From Candidatus Anoxychlamydiales bacterium (GTDB taxonomy: Bacteria; Chlamydiota; Chlamydiia; Chlamydiales; SM23-39), in NCBI GenBank assembly GCA_011065175.1, contig JAAKFE010000001.1, positions 10,374 through 74,373 on the forward strand: a stretch of 64,000 nucleotides of DNA, read 5' to 3'. The notes beneath the pieces were generated by a model that searched no databases, was not told where the DNA came from, and saw only the letters and a program-made list of their open reading frames with translations. The translations under genes and the position numbers were made by a program. Below are positions 9,280 through 18,458 of this stretch, in pieces. Position 1 is the stretch's first letter, and each line of letters starts with the position of its first letter.

Positions 9280-11381
9280 CAGCTGATACAAAAAGAAAAA
9301 AAGAGATAGATATTGATAAAAAAGAAAATTTATTTGAAATTGAGCCTATTTTTTTTCCACCCTCTAGCTATGATCTAGCTAATTTTGAAAGTTTTGTAAA
9401 CTCATTTAAAACTAAACTCATTTTTTTTCTCCCTAAAAATATTATAGATGATTTCAAAGAAGCTAAAACGACATATGAAATTAAAAATGCTTTTTATAAA
9501 ATGAATCAAAGTTTGCCTTATATTTTTCATAGTGAACTTAACTCTTCTATACCTTTTAGCATTTCATTTTCTGTTTTTTCTATATCTGATTTAACTGGAG
9601 ATATATCTAGATTTACTTTTGATATGTTAAATAAATGGTTAATTTTATCAAAACCTCTTGATATAAGCGCTAATAGATCTATTAAATTTAAGTTCAAAAA
9701 TTTTACTCAAAAAAAATACTCTTTATCTGAGTATTTTATAAATGTTTCAACTGAAAAAGAGAAAAGTTTAATCGAAAGAAATATTTCATCTTTCATAAAT
9801 GAGATGAAGCTAATAATAATGTCAGCAATCCATACGAAAGAAATAATCTCTTTAGATACTTTAACATCTGAAAAATCAAATTTACTAAAAGAAGATTCTT
9901 CTTATATTTCAGATATAAATCATAAAAACAAAGAGGATATGAAACACTTTATTTTAAAATTTTCAGAAGAAAAAAAGTTAAATGAAATTAAAGAAAATCT
10001 AGCATTTTTAATGTCTAAAAAGCCAAAGATTTTTGATAAAGACATATTTGATTCACTACACATAGCATCACTCATTTTTAAAGGTGATTTTACATCTATT
10101 AGAGGCCCAAAACATGTCTCAAAAATAATAGCGCTTAGCTACTATTTTAAAAAATCGATAATGCAAATTAAATCACAAATTAAATCAAGTAAAAGACATG
10201 TTAAATTAAAGATCTTAAAAACAAATCTTCTAGATCAAAAAAAAGCTGTTTTAGGTATTTTAATCGTAATAGATCTTCTACATGAAAATGAATATTTTGA
10301 AAAAAATTATATCTTAGACTCTATAGCTAAAATCATAAAAAATTTTAAATACGTAAAAAATTCATATATTACCGATCGAAGAGATCTTAAAATTCTTACT
10401 TTTTATTTGGAGATTGCAAAAGAAGACTTTTTTGATTTCTTCTCATTACAAGAGTTAAAAGATCTAAAGAAAAAACTAAAGCTTTCTTTTAGTTCAAACA
10501 TAAAAAAATTAATAAACCCAATATTTTCGCCTAGAAATGAAGAAGAGATCTTAAGAAACATTATCATCTTAACTAAACAACTAAACTATGTTAAAGACAT
10601 CCCTCAGGTGATAATATCTTATGATAAACAAACATCAAAAGAGATTTCTTTTATAGTAATTTTACTAAGATTAATTAAGAAAAACACATCTTCTTTAAAA
10701 GAGATATTTTCTTATTCAAAAACATTTTTAAAATTCAGTTTAGATGAATCTAAAATAGTAGGAGTTTTAAAGAAAAAATATCCAAAAGAAGCAAATGTTT
10801 TTAAGATATCTTTAAATAAATTTGAATTTCTAAGAAACGATTTTTCTTTAGATCTTAGAAAAGCTAGACAAACAATTTATAAAGAGCTAACCCATATCCT
10901 TGGAAAATTTAGAGATTTTAACGGAGGTCTTTTAGCAAAACAACTAGATGCCCTAGAAAGCTTAAAGCAAATGCTTCCAAGCTCAAAAAAAATAGAAGAT
11001 TTTTTATTAGAAGAGTTTTTTTATTCTATAAAACCAGCAATTCAACAAAGCATAATAGATACTAAAATTTTAAAAAATCTCTTTTTGATGTTTCTAAAAA
11101 TTTTAAAAAGGAATTTTGAAAACAAGAATTTTCTTATAAACACAAAAGCTGAAAAAAATAATTTTTACATTATGATAAAGACACATTTTACAAAAATCAA
11201 AGAGGACATCATTTTAGCTGTAAAAAAACAGAAATTTAAATCTTTTGAAATCATTTTTTCTTCTTTAGATAAAAATGATCAAAAAACTCTAGGATTTATT
11301 TTAATATCTAAAGACCAAACTAAAAAAGAAAAGCTCTACCAAACAATAATAAATGAGATCGAAAAAAGTTTTAAAATTTAA
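9276..11381 (+). CDS. large Lys/Ile-rich hypothetical protein (701 aa)
   Basis: The start overlaps the oppA stop (ATGA), which suggests translational coupling. No motif recognised. Confidence 0.55.
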   Translation: MTADTKRKKEIDIDKKENLFEIEPIFFPPSSYDLANFESFVNSFKTKLIFFLPKNIIDDFKEAKTTYEIKNAFYKMNQSLPYIFHSELNSSIPFSISFSVFSISDLTGDISRFTFDMLNKWLILSKPLDISANRSIKFKFKNFTQKKYSLSEYFINVSTEKEKSLIERNISSFINEMKLIIMSAIHTKEIISLDTLTSEKSNLLKEDSSYISDINHKNKEDMKHFILKFSEEKKLNEIKENLAFLMSKKPKIFDKDIFDSLHIASLIFKGDFTSIRGPKHVSKIIALSYYFKKSIMQIKSQIKSSKRHVKLKILKTNLLDQKKAVLGILIVIDLLHENEYFEKNYILDSIAKIIKNFKYVKNSYITDRRDLKILTFYLEIAKEDFFDFFSLQELKDLKKKLKLSFSSNIKKLINPIFSPRNEEEILRNIIILTKQLNYVKDIPQVIISYDKQTSKEISFIVILLRLIKKNTSSLKEIFSYSKTFLKFSLDESKIVGVLKKKYPKEANVFKISLNKFEFLRNDFSLDLRKARQTIYKELTHILGKFRDFNGGLLAKQLDALESLKQMLPSSKKIEDFLLEEFFYSIKPAIQQSIIDTKILKNLFLMFLKILKRNFENKNFLINTKAEKNNFYIMIKTHFTKIKEDIILAVKKQKFKSFEIIFSSLDKNDQKTLGFILISKDQTKKEKLYQTIINEIEKSFKI

Positions 11382-12913
11382 TTTTTCGATTTACACGTTA
11401 TTTTTTTCTTTTTACATCTTATCAAAACCCAAACAATACTAATTAGCACTAAAAAAGCTGCAACTGAGTTAGCTATTAAAAAAGATTTTTCAGTTGCATT
11501 AAAGTAAGCTTTTTTAACAATAGCTTGAGCGCTTGTAGACAGCTTATTAAAAGCATCTATAGCTTTTGGGGCTTTGGCGAGTAGTCCATCGAATGTAGTT
11601 GGATCTAAATTTTTTGTTGATTCATTTATTTTTAGATCTTTTGAAAGAAATATATGCTCAACATTTAATAAAATCGCACCCGCTACAGCGAAACCTATTG
11701 ATCTTCCAGCATTTCTTAAAGTTCCAAATATTCCCGTTGCCATACCTCTTGTTTTATTTGGAACCGAAGTAATACCGGCCGCTATAGCTGGAGTTAAACT
11801 AAAAGTAAGGCCCCAACCAAGAGTTAATAAAGATGGAAGTAAAATTAATATGGATCCAGTGTGAAAAAAACTTATAAACCAAACAAATGAAAATAATGTT
11901 AAAAAAAGGCCAATAACCATCGGAACTTTAACAGAGTATTTATCCATTAACATTCCTCCAATAGGCGCCATAAATATTATAGGAATAGCACTAATTAACA
12001 TCGCAAAACCTGCTTTAGATGGAGAAAACCCCCAAATATATTGAAAATATATTGCCCAAAAAATTGTAGCTCCGGTTGCGAAAAGCTCTAAAAATATAAC
12101 TAAACTAACTACTGAAAATATTTTATTTTTAAATAACGAAAAATCTAAGAATGGATGTTTTGCTTTTTTTGTTACTACGAGAAAAAACCAAAAAAATACT
12201 ATAGCAAAAATAAAAAGCAAAATTATCCCAGGAGATGTAAAGCCCCAATTTTTAGCTTGCATAAAAGCTAAAATAATACAAATTATTGAGATTGCAAATA
12301 AAAAAAATCCCTTAAAATCAAATTTTTCTTTAGAAACATCAGGTTTTCCAATTGCTAAAATTCCAAATACTTGTCCGATAAAACAAATTGGGATATTTAT
12401 CCAAAAAACCCATCTCCAAGAAAGATACTGAGTAAAAAGACCACCAATATAGGGAGCTAAAGATAAAAAAAATGAACCTACAGCTGTATTTATTCCAACT
12501 ATAAGTCCCCTTCTGTTTGCAGGAAAAAGATCTAATAAAATGTTATAAGAAGAAGGGATCATAAATGCAGCGCCAATGCCTTGAATAAATCTAAAAGTAA
12601 TGAGCCAAATACTATTTAATGCAATAGCGCAAAAAAGTGAGGCAAATAAAAAGATGGTGAGGCCTAAAAGAAAAATTCTTCTAAAACCGACAATATCAGA
12701 TAATCTTCCTGCAGCTAAAATAAAAACAGCCATCGATAAAAGATATGAATTTATCATCCATTGAGATAAAAAACTCGTAGCCCCAAAATCTCTTTGAATC
12801 GTTGGAATAGCAACTGGCAAAATAGATTGATCAGTAAAAATTAAAGCAATGCACGATACTACAGAGACAAACCCTAACCATCTTCTTTGTTTATCCGTGA
12901 ATTTAAGTAACAT
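11378..12913 (-). CDS. MFS transporter, DHA2 (EmrB/QacA-like, about 14 TM)
   Basis: 511 aa with many TM helices. MFS loop motif GRLSDIVGFRRIF. FRFIQGIGAAFMIPS is typical of the DHA2 family. Confidence 0.8.
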   Translation of the reverse strand: MLLKFTDKQRRWLGFVSVVSCIALIFTDQSILPVAIPTIQRDFGATSFLSQWMINSYLLSMAVFILAAGRLSDIVGFRRIFLLGLTIFLFASLFCAIALNSIWLITFRFIQGIGAAFMIPSSYNILLDLFPANRRGLIVGINTAVGSFFLSLAPYIGGLFTQYLSWRWVFWINIPICFIGQVFGILAIGKPDVSKEKFDFKGFFLFAISIICIILAFMQAKNWGFTSPGIILLFIFAIVFFWFFLVVTKKAKHPFLDFSLFKNKIFSVVSLVIFLELFATGATIFWAIYFQYIWGFSPSKAGFAMLISAIPIIFMAPIGGMLMDKYSVKVPMVIGLFLTLFSFVWFISFFHTGSILILLPSLLTLGWGLTFSLTPAIAAGITSVPNKTRGMATGIFGTLRNAGRSIGFAVAGAILLNVEHIFLSKDLKINESTKNLDPTTFDGLLAKAPKAIDAFNKLSTSAQAIVKKAYFNATEKSFLIANSVAAFLVLISIVWVLIRCKKKKITCKSKN

Positions 12914-12953
12914 ACAATCTTTTAATAGCTTTATTTTTAGCTATAGCTCTATC

Positions 12954-13748
12954 TTAATTGATTGTAAAGATTCTTGTTGTATCGTTGAAAAAGCCATCTA
13001 CTTTCTCTAATTTTTCATCCATAAGCTCTAATCTAATTGTATGCTTTCCTTTTCCAAGCCCATAGATATAATATGGCGTCCATTTAGTTAGTTTTCTTTT
13101 AATTTTATTATCAATTGTAAGTCTCACGAAATATCCATCTTCAGAAAGTGATACATTAGTTAAATAAAAATCTAATAAAACAGGCTCTTTATCTTTGATG
13201 TTTAAAAATCCAGAGGGTTCATTATAAGTCAAATATGGCTTTGATAGATTCATCTTATTATTTACTCTTCTATTTTGAACATAAAAATTAGTCGCAGCAA
13301 AACATCCCTCTTCTTTTAAAGACTCTCCATATGATCTTGCTGGAAACGCTCTTAAAAAATGCTCACCTTGAGATAGAGAATATGGAATTTTAAATCTATA
13401 CATTGACTCATAGTAGTTACCCTCTTCATCGAATGGGGAAAGACTAGGTCCTGTTCTTGCAAAATAAGGAGTATTATCGACGATAACATGAATACTTTGT
13501 CCTAGCTTTGAATTTGCAATTTGTTTGGCTCTTTCATTAATTGAGATATTACCAAGTGGATAACCTCTTAGTCTTAGCTGCACCCACACTTCATTTGACT
13601 TTTCTATTTGATTCTCTTCTGGATAAACTATATATATTCTTACATTTTCAGATTGCTTGGATTTATCAACTGGCACAACTTGAATTTTTTGAAGTGCTGC
13701 TAAATTAAAAGCAAACAGTAAAAACACAAATCTAATAAAGATTTTCAT
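12954..13748 (-). CDS. secreted hypothetical protein
   Basis: The internal ATG at 13748 is preceded by AGAGG and begins a signal peptide (MKIFIRFVFLLFAFNLAA). The track ORF extends to 13799. Confidence 0.55.
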   Translation of the reverse strand: MKIFIRFVFLLFAFNLAALQKIQVVPVDKSKQSENVRIYIVYPEENQIEKSNEVWVQLRLRGYPLGNISINERAKQIANSKLGQSIHVIVDNTPYFARTGPSLSPFDEEGNYYESMYRFKIPYSLSQGEHFLRAFPARSYGESLKEEGCFAATNFYVQNRRVNNKMNLSKPYLTYNEPSGFLNIKDKEPVLLDFYLTNVSLSEDGYFVRLTIDNKIKRKLTKWTPYYIYGLGKGKHTIRLELMDEKLEKVDGFFNDTTRIFTIN

Positions 13749-13863
13749 AAATTTACCTCTTTTTTTACCAATAATGCCTATTTTCTTTAAGAATTTCAAT
13801 TTTTTTAACTAAAAACTTCAAATAAAATATATTTTAAGCTATTGGTACATTATAGGTAAATTT

Positions 13864-14313
13864 ATGAAAAGGGTTCTAAAATCACTATTTATTTTTTCAA
13901 TAAGTGTCGTAGTTGTCTATGGCAGTTTTTTAGCATCTGAATATTATCCTAAAAATCCAAATGAATCTAAAAAACCATCAATTATAAAAGCTAGATACAT
14001 ACATACAGATGAAAAAATCATAAGAGTTGAAATTGAAGTTTTAGATGATACAAAAAAAGACTTTCATGACGTAATAGAAGTAAAGTTTAACAACCATCAA
14101 ATTCCTTTATTAAAAGCTGATGCATCAGGTAGAAGAGCAAGAAAATATTATCAACTAAAACCGGGAACTTATGAAATTGAGTGGAAAGTATCGAAAAGCA
14201 AAACTGCTTGGCCTAAATCTAAAACTTATGAAAAAAAGATCCGGTTAAGAGAAAAAGATAAGTTTGTCTACATTTTAATCGAGGGAGAAAATATAAGTAT
14301 AAGCCCTTCTTGA
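13864..14313 (+). CDS. small N-terminally anchored hypothetical protein (149 aa)
   Basis: N-terminal TM LFIFSISVVVVYGSFLA. No recognised motif. Confidence 0.5.
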   Translation: MKRVLKSLFIFSISVVVVYGSFLASEYYPKNPNESKKPSIIKARYIHTDEKIIRVEIEVLDDTKKDFHDVIEVKFNNHQIPLLKADASGRRARKYYQLKPGTYEIEWKVSKSKTAWPKSKTYEKKIRLREKDKFVYILIEGENISISPS

Positions 14314-14451
14314 CACAAGAAAATATTCTTGCTCGTGTTGCAATCTATTTTGAGGATTTCAATTAATTTTAATAACTTTTAAATTTTTTTATTGATAATA
14401 AATAATTTAATAATCATCATGCTTTTTGATTAAAAAAAAATTATCAAAGCT

Positions 14452-15258
14452 ATGTCATCAGCAGCAGCAGCAATAGTAAAACCGCCAACAATAAGAACTT
14501 TTGAACTTACAGGGAAACATTTATCTGATCCCGATGCATTCGCCCCTCCTGAAAGAGAAAGTTTTTCAGATAAACGAGTGTATGTAAATTTTACAATCTC
14601 GGAGTCTAAACCTATTTGTTCAATTACCCAAGAAACTCTTAATTTAGGTGAAACTATCGCAGCTTGCCAAGTATGTTTTGCAGCTTTTTTAGCAAGGAAT
14701 CTAAAAAGGCATTTTTTATCACTTAAAACAACAAAAACACCTTCTCTTTGTCCTGTCTGCAGAGTTAATTTAAATGAAACCGATTTAAAACTTCCCCATC
14801 TAGAAAATCTCAGAATGTTAATTGATTTAATAAAAGAAAAAATAATTTTATTAGAACTTGAACTTAAAAACACCGAGAGAGCTTTTGAAGAGTCAAAAGC
14901 AGATGGAGAAGACAATCTTAATTTAATAGGCCGTATAGATGATCCAGATGATAATGAAGATCTAGAAATGAGAAAACTCTTATCTGAATTTCAGGATTTA
15001 GAGAGTAAAAGTTTAGAAAAATCAAATGACTCTTTCCTCCGTCGAATCGAAGAATTTAAAAAAAGCATACAAATGCAAAAAACAGAATTAGCTAAGATGG
15101 AAACGCTTGAAAATAGCTTTACAAGTAAAATAAAATCACAAGAAAGGAAAGAATTATTTAGATATTTGAGAAATAGAACAGCTGTAGTTTCAGTCATTTC
15201 TCTATTGATTTTCGGAAGCTTCAAAATAATACAAAATAAAATCTTTTGTGTATTCTAG
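14452..15258 (+). CDS. U-box/RING-like domain protein with coiled coil and C-terminal tail anchor
   Basis: The segment PICSITQETLNLGETIAACQVCFAAFLARNLKRHFLSLKTTKTPSLCPVCRVNLNETDLKLPHLENLRMLIDLI follows the U-box pattern (C-P/S-I-T-x-E ... CP-x-x-R-x-x-L ... L-x-P-N-x-x-L-x-x-x-I). The C-terminal TM AVVSVISLLIFGSFKII is 9 aa from the end. Confidence 0.6.
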   Translation: MSSAAAAIVKPPTIRTFELTGKHLSDPDAFAPPERESFSDKRVYVNFTISESKPICSITQETLNLGETIAACQVCFAAFLARNLKRHFLSLKTTKTPSLCPVCRVNLNETDLKLPHLENLRMLIDLIKEKIILLELELKNTERAFEESKADGEDNLNLIGRIDDPDDNEDLEMRKLLSEFQDLESKSLEKSNDSFLRRIEEFKKSIQMQKTELAKMETLENSFTSKIKSQERKELFRYLRNRTAVVSVISLLIFGSFKIIQNKIFCVF

Positions 15259-15335
15259 TTAATAATTCTATCTATCTCATTGACTAACATTTTTTTTTCA
15301 ATTATCTTAAAATTTTTAAGATATAAGAGGTTTTC

Positions 15336-16229
15336 ATGACATATTTTGGAGCAATAGAAACAGGCGGAACTAAATGCAGCTGTGCAATTGGAGACATAGA
15401 TGGAAATTTGATAAAAAAAGAAATTTTTCCAACTATAAAGCCTGAAGTCACCATGCCTCAAATTTTTAAATTTTTTATCCACGAGCACGCTAAAACAGCG
15501 CTAGATGCTATTGGAATTGCTTGTTTTGGTCCTTTAGATCTACATAAAGAATCACCAACATATGGATCTATCACAACAACTCCCAAAAAATCTTGGTCAC
15601 ATTTTAATATTGTTCAAGCTGTAAAAACAGCGGTGAGAGTTCCAATTGGATTTGATACAGATGTAAATGGAGCAGCACTTGGAGAGCAAAGATGGGGAGC
15701 GGCCCGAGGAATCGATACATTTATTTATATAACAGTAGGTACAGGAATAGGAGTTGGAGGGATAATCAATAATCATCTTATGCATGGATTAATTCATCCA
15801 GAGATGGGTCATATATCTCTTCCAAGATATCCATCTGACAATTTTAAAAGCATTTGTCCATATCATGAAAATTGTTTAGAAGGATTGGCATCTGGGCCTG
15901 CTATTGAAAAAAGATGGAATATCAAAAATGCTACTGATTTAGAAGATGATCATGAAGCTTGGGATTTAGAAGCTTATTATTTAGGTTCAGCAATAGCAAA
16001 TTGGAGTTTAACCCTGTCGCCTAAAAAAGTAATAATAGGCGGAGGAATACTAAATAAAAAAACATTACTTGATAAAGTTAGACAAGAGTGTCAAAAAGCT
16101 TTAAATGGCTATTTAAAACACAAAATAATACTAGAAAAAATTGAAGACTATATCGTGCTGCCAAAACATATGGGAGAATCTGGTCTTTTAGGAGCTCTTG
16201 CTTTAGCAGAAAAAGCAAAAGAGGCTTGA
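15336..16229 (+). CDS. ROK-family fructokinase (YdhR/GmuE-like)
   Basis: GAIETGGTKCSCAIG at the N-terminus. The HPEMGHISL...CPYHENCLEGLASGPAIEKRW zinc/ROK signature closely recalls Bacillus fructokinase. Confidence 0.85.
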   Translation: MTYFGAIETGGTKCSCAIGDIDGNLIKKEIFPTIKPEVTMPQIFKFFIHEHAKTALDAIGIACFGPLDLHKESPTYGSITTTPKKSWSHFNIVQAVKTAVRVPIGFDTDVNGAALGEQRWGAARGIDTFIYITVGTGIGVGGIINNHLMHGLIHPEMGHISLPRYPSDNFKSICPYHENCLEGLASGPAIEKRWNIKNATDLEDDHEAWDLEAYYLGSAIANWSLTLSPKKVIIGGGILNKKTLLDKVRQECQKALNGYLKHKIILEKIEDYIVLPKHMGESGLLGALALAEKAKEA

Positions 16230-16230
16230 G

Positions 16231-16590
16231 ATGAAAGAGAATATTGTAAATAAGATCTACAAGAGACCTTGGGGAACATATCAAAGTTTAAAAATAGAAA
16301 AAACCTGCCAAGTAAAATGGATAGAAATAAAACCTAACTCAAAACTATCACTTCAAAAACATAAACAAAGATCAGAACATTGGATAGTTGTAAAAGGCAA
16401 ACCTCTTATCACTGTTGATAAGATGAAGAAAACATTTAATGAAAACGAGCATGTATTTATACCAAAAGAAGGTATTCATAGAATTGAAAATGATACAGAT
16501 CAAATGGCAATAATAGTAGAAGTTCAAATAGGAAACTATCTTGGAGAAGATGATATTATAAGATTAGAAGATGTCTATGGAAGAACTTAA
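16231..16590 (+). CDS. cupin-domain protein, mannose-6-phosphate isomerase type II C-terminal-domain-like
   Basis: 119 aa with the pattern RPWGTYQSL...LSLQKHKQRSEHWIVVKG...IPKEGIHRIEN. It starts 2 nt after the fructokinase stop. Confidence 0.65.
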   Translation: MKENIVNKIYKRPWGTYQSLKIEKTCQVKWIEIKPNSKLSLQKHKQRSEHWIVVKGKPLITVDKMKKTFNENEHVFIPKEGIHRIENDTDQMAIIVEVQIGNYLGEDDIIRLEDVYGRT

Positions 16591-16640
16591 TTTTTTTACA
16601 TTAAACTTTAAAAAATTAATAACTGGAAAATTAAAAAAAA

Positions 16641-17549
16641 TTATTTTTTTTGTAAGTCTTTTACTTTAATTTTATCTAAGTTTTGAATAGCAAAACAGAT
16701 CTCTGCGCCATATAAAAATATTATCCAAGATATTTGCAGCCATATCAAAAATAAAGGTAGAGCAGCGAAGCTACCATATATTGCATTAAATTTTGTAATA
16801 CCCATTTGAAAATTAACATAAATCATTTGAGTGATTTGATAAATTGTAGCTGAGATGACAGCTGATAAAAAAGCATATTTTATTTTTACTTTTATTTTAG
16901 GCATAAAACTATAGATAAAAGTAAAAAGAGCTAAGATTAAAAAATAGGGGATTAAACTAAGAGGCACTCTAAAAATATATTCAACGACAATATCTTTAGA
17001 TATTAAATTTGTAATATATAGTCTAAGAGTTATGAAAACTACTAAAAATACAGGGATAACAAACATCAAAGCTAAATAATTACTCAGTCTTCTTTTAAAC
17101 TTTCTAATATTTTTCACTTGCCAAATTTCATTTAAAGAAGACTCTAAATTGGAAAAAAGTTTTATTAAACTCCAAAATAAAAAGATGATACCAACAAGAG
17201 CTATTAATCCTCCTTTAGCCTCCACGATCAAATTTTTTGCAAATTCGATAACTTTTATAACAATTTCTTGTTGTTCTTTAAATCTTTCTAATATTTCTTT
17301 TTCAACAACCTGTTGATCCCCTATTTTTTTAGCAATAGCAAAAATTAAAGCAAAAAAAGGAACAATGGCCATTAAAGAAAAGTAAGTTAAAGCAGATGAT
17401 CTAAGTGTTATTTGATGCTTAAAAAAATGATCTATAGATATCCAAAACACTTTTATAGATTTATAATAAAAGCGTTTTATCTTGGATAATTTTTTAAGAG
17501 GCTTAGTAAAAAGCTTCTTTAATAAAAAATTTTTAAATTTTTTTAGCAT
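16641..17549 (-). CDS. YihY/BrkB-family inner-membrane protein
   Basis: LRSSALTYFSLMAIVPFFALIF and a six-TM layout are typical of YihY (formerly called RNase BN-like). Confidence 0.75.
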   Translation of the reverse strand: MLKKFKNFLLKKLFTKPLKKLSKIKRFYYKSIKVFWISIDHFFKHQITLRSSALTYFSLMAIVPFFALIFAIAKKIGDQQVVEKEILERFKEQQEIVIKVIEFAKNLIVEAKGGLIALVGIIFLFWSLIKLFSNLESSLNEIWQVKNIRKFKRRLSNYLALMFVIPVFLVVFITLRLYITNLISKDIVVEYIFRVPLSLIPYFLILALFTFIYSFMPKIKVKIKYAFLSAVISATIYQITQMIYVNFQMGITKFNAIYGSFAALPLFLIWLQISWIIFLYGAEICFAIQNLDKIKVKDLQKK

Positions 17550-17737
17550 TTTTTATTTAATTTCCTTAAATCTTTAAAATGATAAAAAACCGAACTAATA
17601 TCAAGAAAAAAAGTGTTTATAGTGATTTTTAGTAATATTTTCTCTAAAAAAATCTTTCGATATCACGATATCGATAAATTTTTATAATTTTCAAAAATAC
17701 CTAAAAAAAATACCATTAGATCAAAAGGGATTTTTTC

Positions 17738-18361
17738 ATGCTTTTTAAAAACAGAGAAGATGCAGCAAAAAAACTAGCAAAACTTTTACAAAATTATAAA
17801 AACAAAAAAGATACAATTATTTTAGCGCTTCCACGAGGTGGAGTTGTTGTTGGAGATATATTATCTAAAGAGTTAAATCTTAAATTGGATATCATTGTTG
17901 CAAGAAAAATCTCTTCTCCAATATTAGAAGAGCTAGCAATCGGCGCTATTTGTGAAGATTTTCAATTTCTAAACGAAGAGATAATTAAAGGCTATGGCAT
18001 ATCAGATGAGTATTTAAAAAAGGAGATTGAAAAAGAAAAGAATTTAGCAAAAGAAAAAGAAAATCTATATAGACAAAACAAAAAACCAATATATTTAAAA
18101 GATAAGACTATTATCTTAGTAGATGATGGTATAGCAACTGGATCTACTATGATAGCAGCTATCAATGCGTTAAAGATAAAAAAAGTCAAAAAAATAATCG
18201 TTGCAATCCCTGTAGGACCTTATAATACCATTGAAAAACTAAATAAAATGGCAGATGAAGTAATTTGTCTATATATCCCTGATGATTTTTTTGCAATTGC
18301 TCAGTATTTTGAAAAGTTTGATCAAGTATCCGATAAAAAGGTTATCGAAATTTTAAAATAA
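17738..18361 (+). CDS. predicted phosphoribosyltransferase
   Basis: FKNREDAAKKLA...ILALPRGGVVVG and the PRPP-binding loop TIILVDDGIATGSTM. Confidence 0.8.
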   Translation: MLFKNREDAAKKLAKLLQNYKNKKDTIILALPRGGVVVGDILSKELNLKLDIIVARKISSPILEELAIGAICEDFQFLNEEIIKGYGISDEYLKKEIEKEKNLAKEKENLYRQNKKPIYLKDKTIILVDDGIATGSTMIAAINALKIKKVKKIIVAIPVGPYNTIEKLNKMADEVICLYIPDDFFAIAQYFEKFDQVSDKKVIEILK

Positions 18362-18458
18362 AACCTCAAAAGCAGTAATTATAATTTTAATTTAAATTAT
18401 CATTGCTTTTTTTTTGCATTTTTAGATAAGTTTATCAAAAAAAATCAGGAGGTAACAA

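Noticed and set aside
14430-14915. A 161-aa antisense ORF opposite the U-box-like gene.
   Set aside because: The sense ORF is longer (268 aa) and carries the U-box-like pattern and a tail anchor. The antisense ORF is best explained by the locally raised GC, which reduces stop-codon frequency.
6924-15258. CaaX-box prenylation motifs at the C-termini of effector-like proteins (such as -RCFC and -IFCVF).
   Set aside because: No cysteine is at the -4 position, so none is a true CaaX box. Only the CXC-like -CFC end of the 6924 protein is retained, as a weak speculative note in the paralog-family finding.
17657-17674. The sequence tcgatatcacgatatcga (two cgatatc units, each containing a GATATC palindrome) upstream of the phosphoribosyltransferase gene, near a TATAAT box.
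   Set aside because: It is plausible as an operator, but it is short, unique in the window and has no associated regulator gene. It is not supportable beyond noting it.
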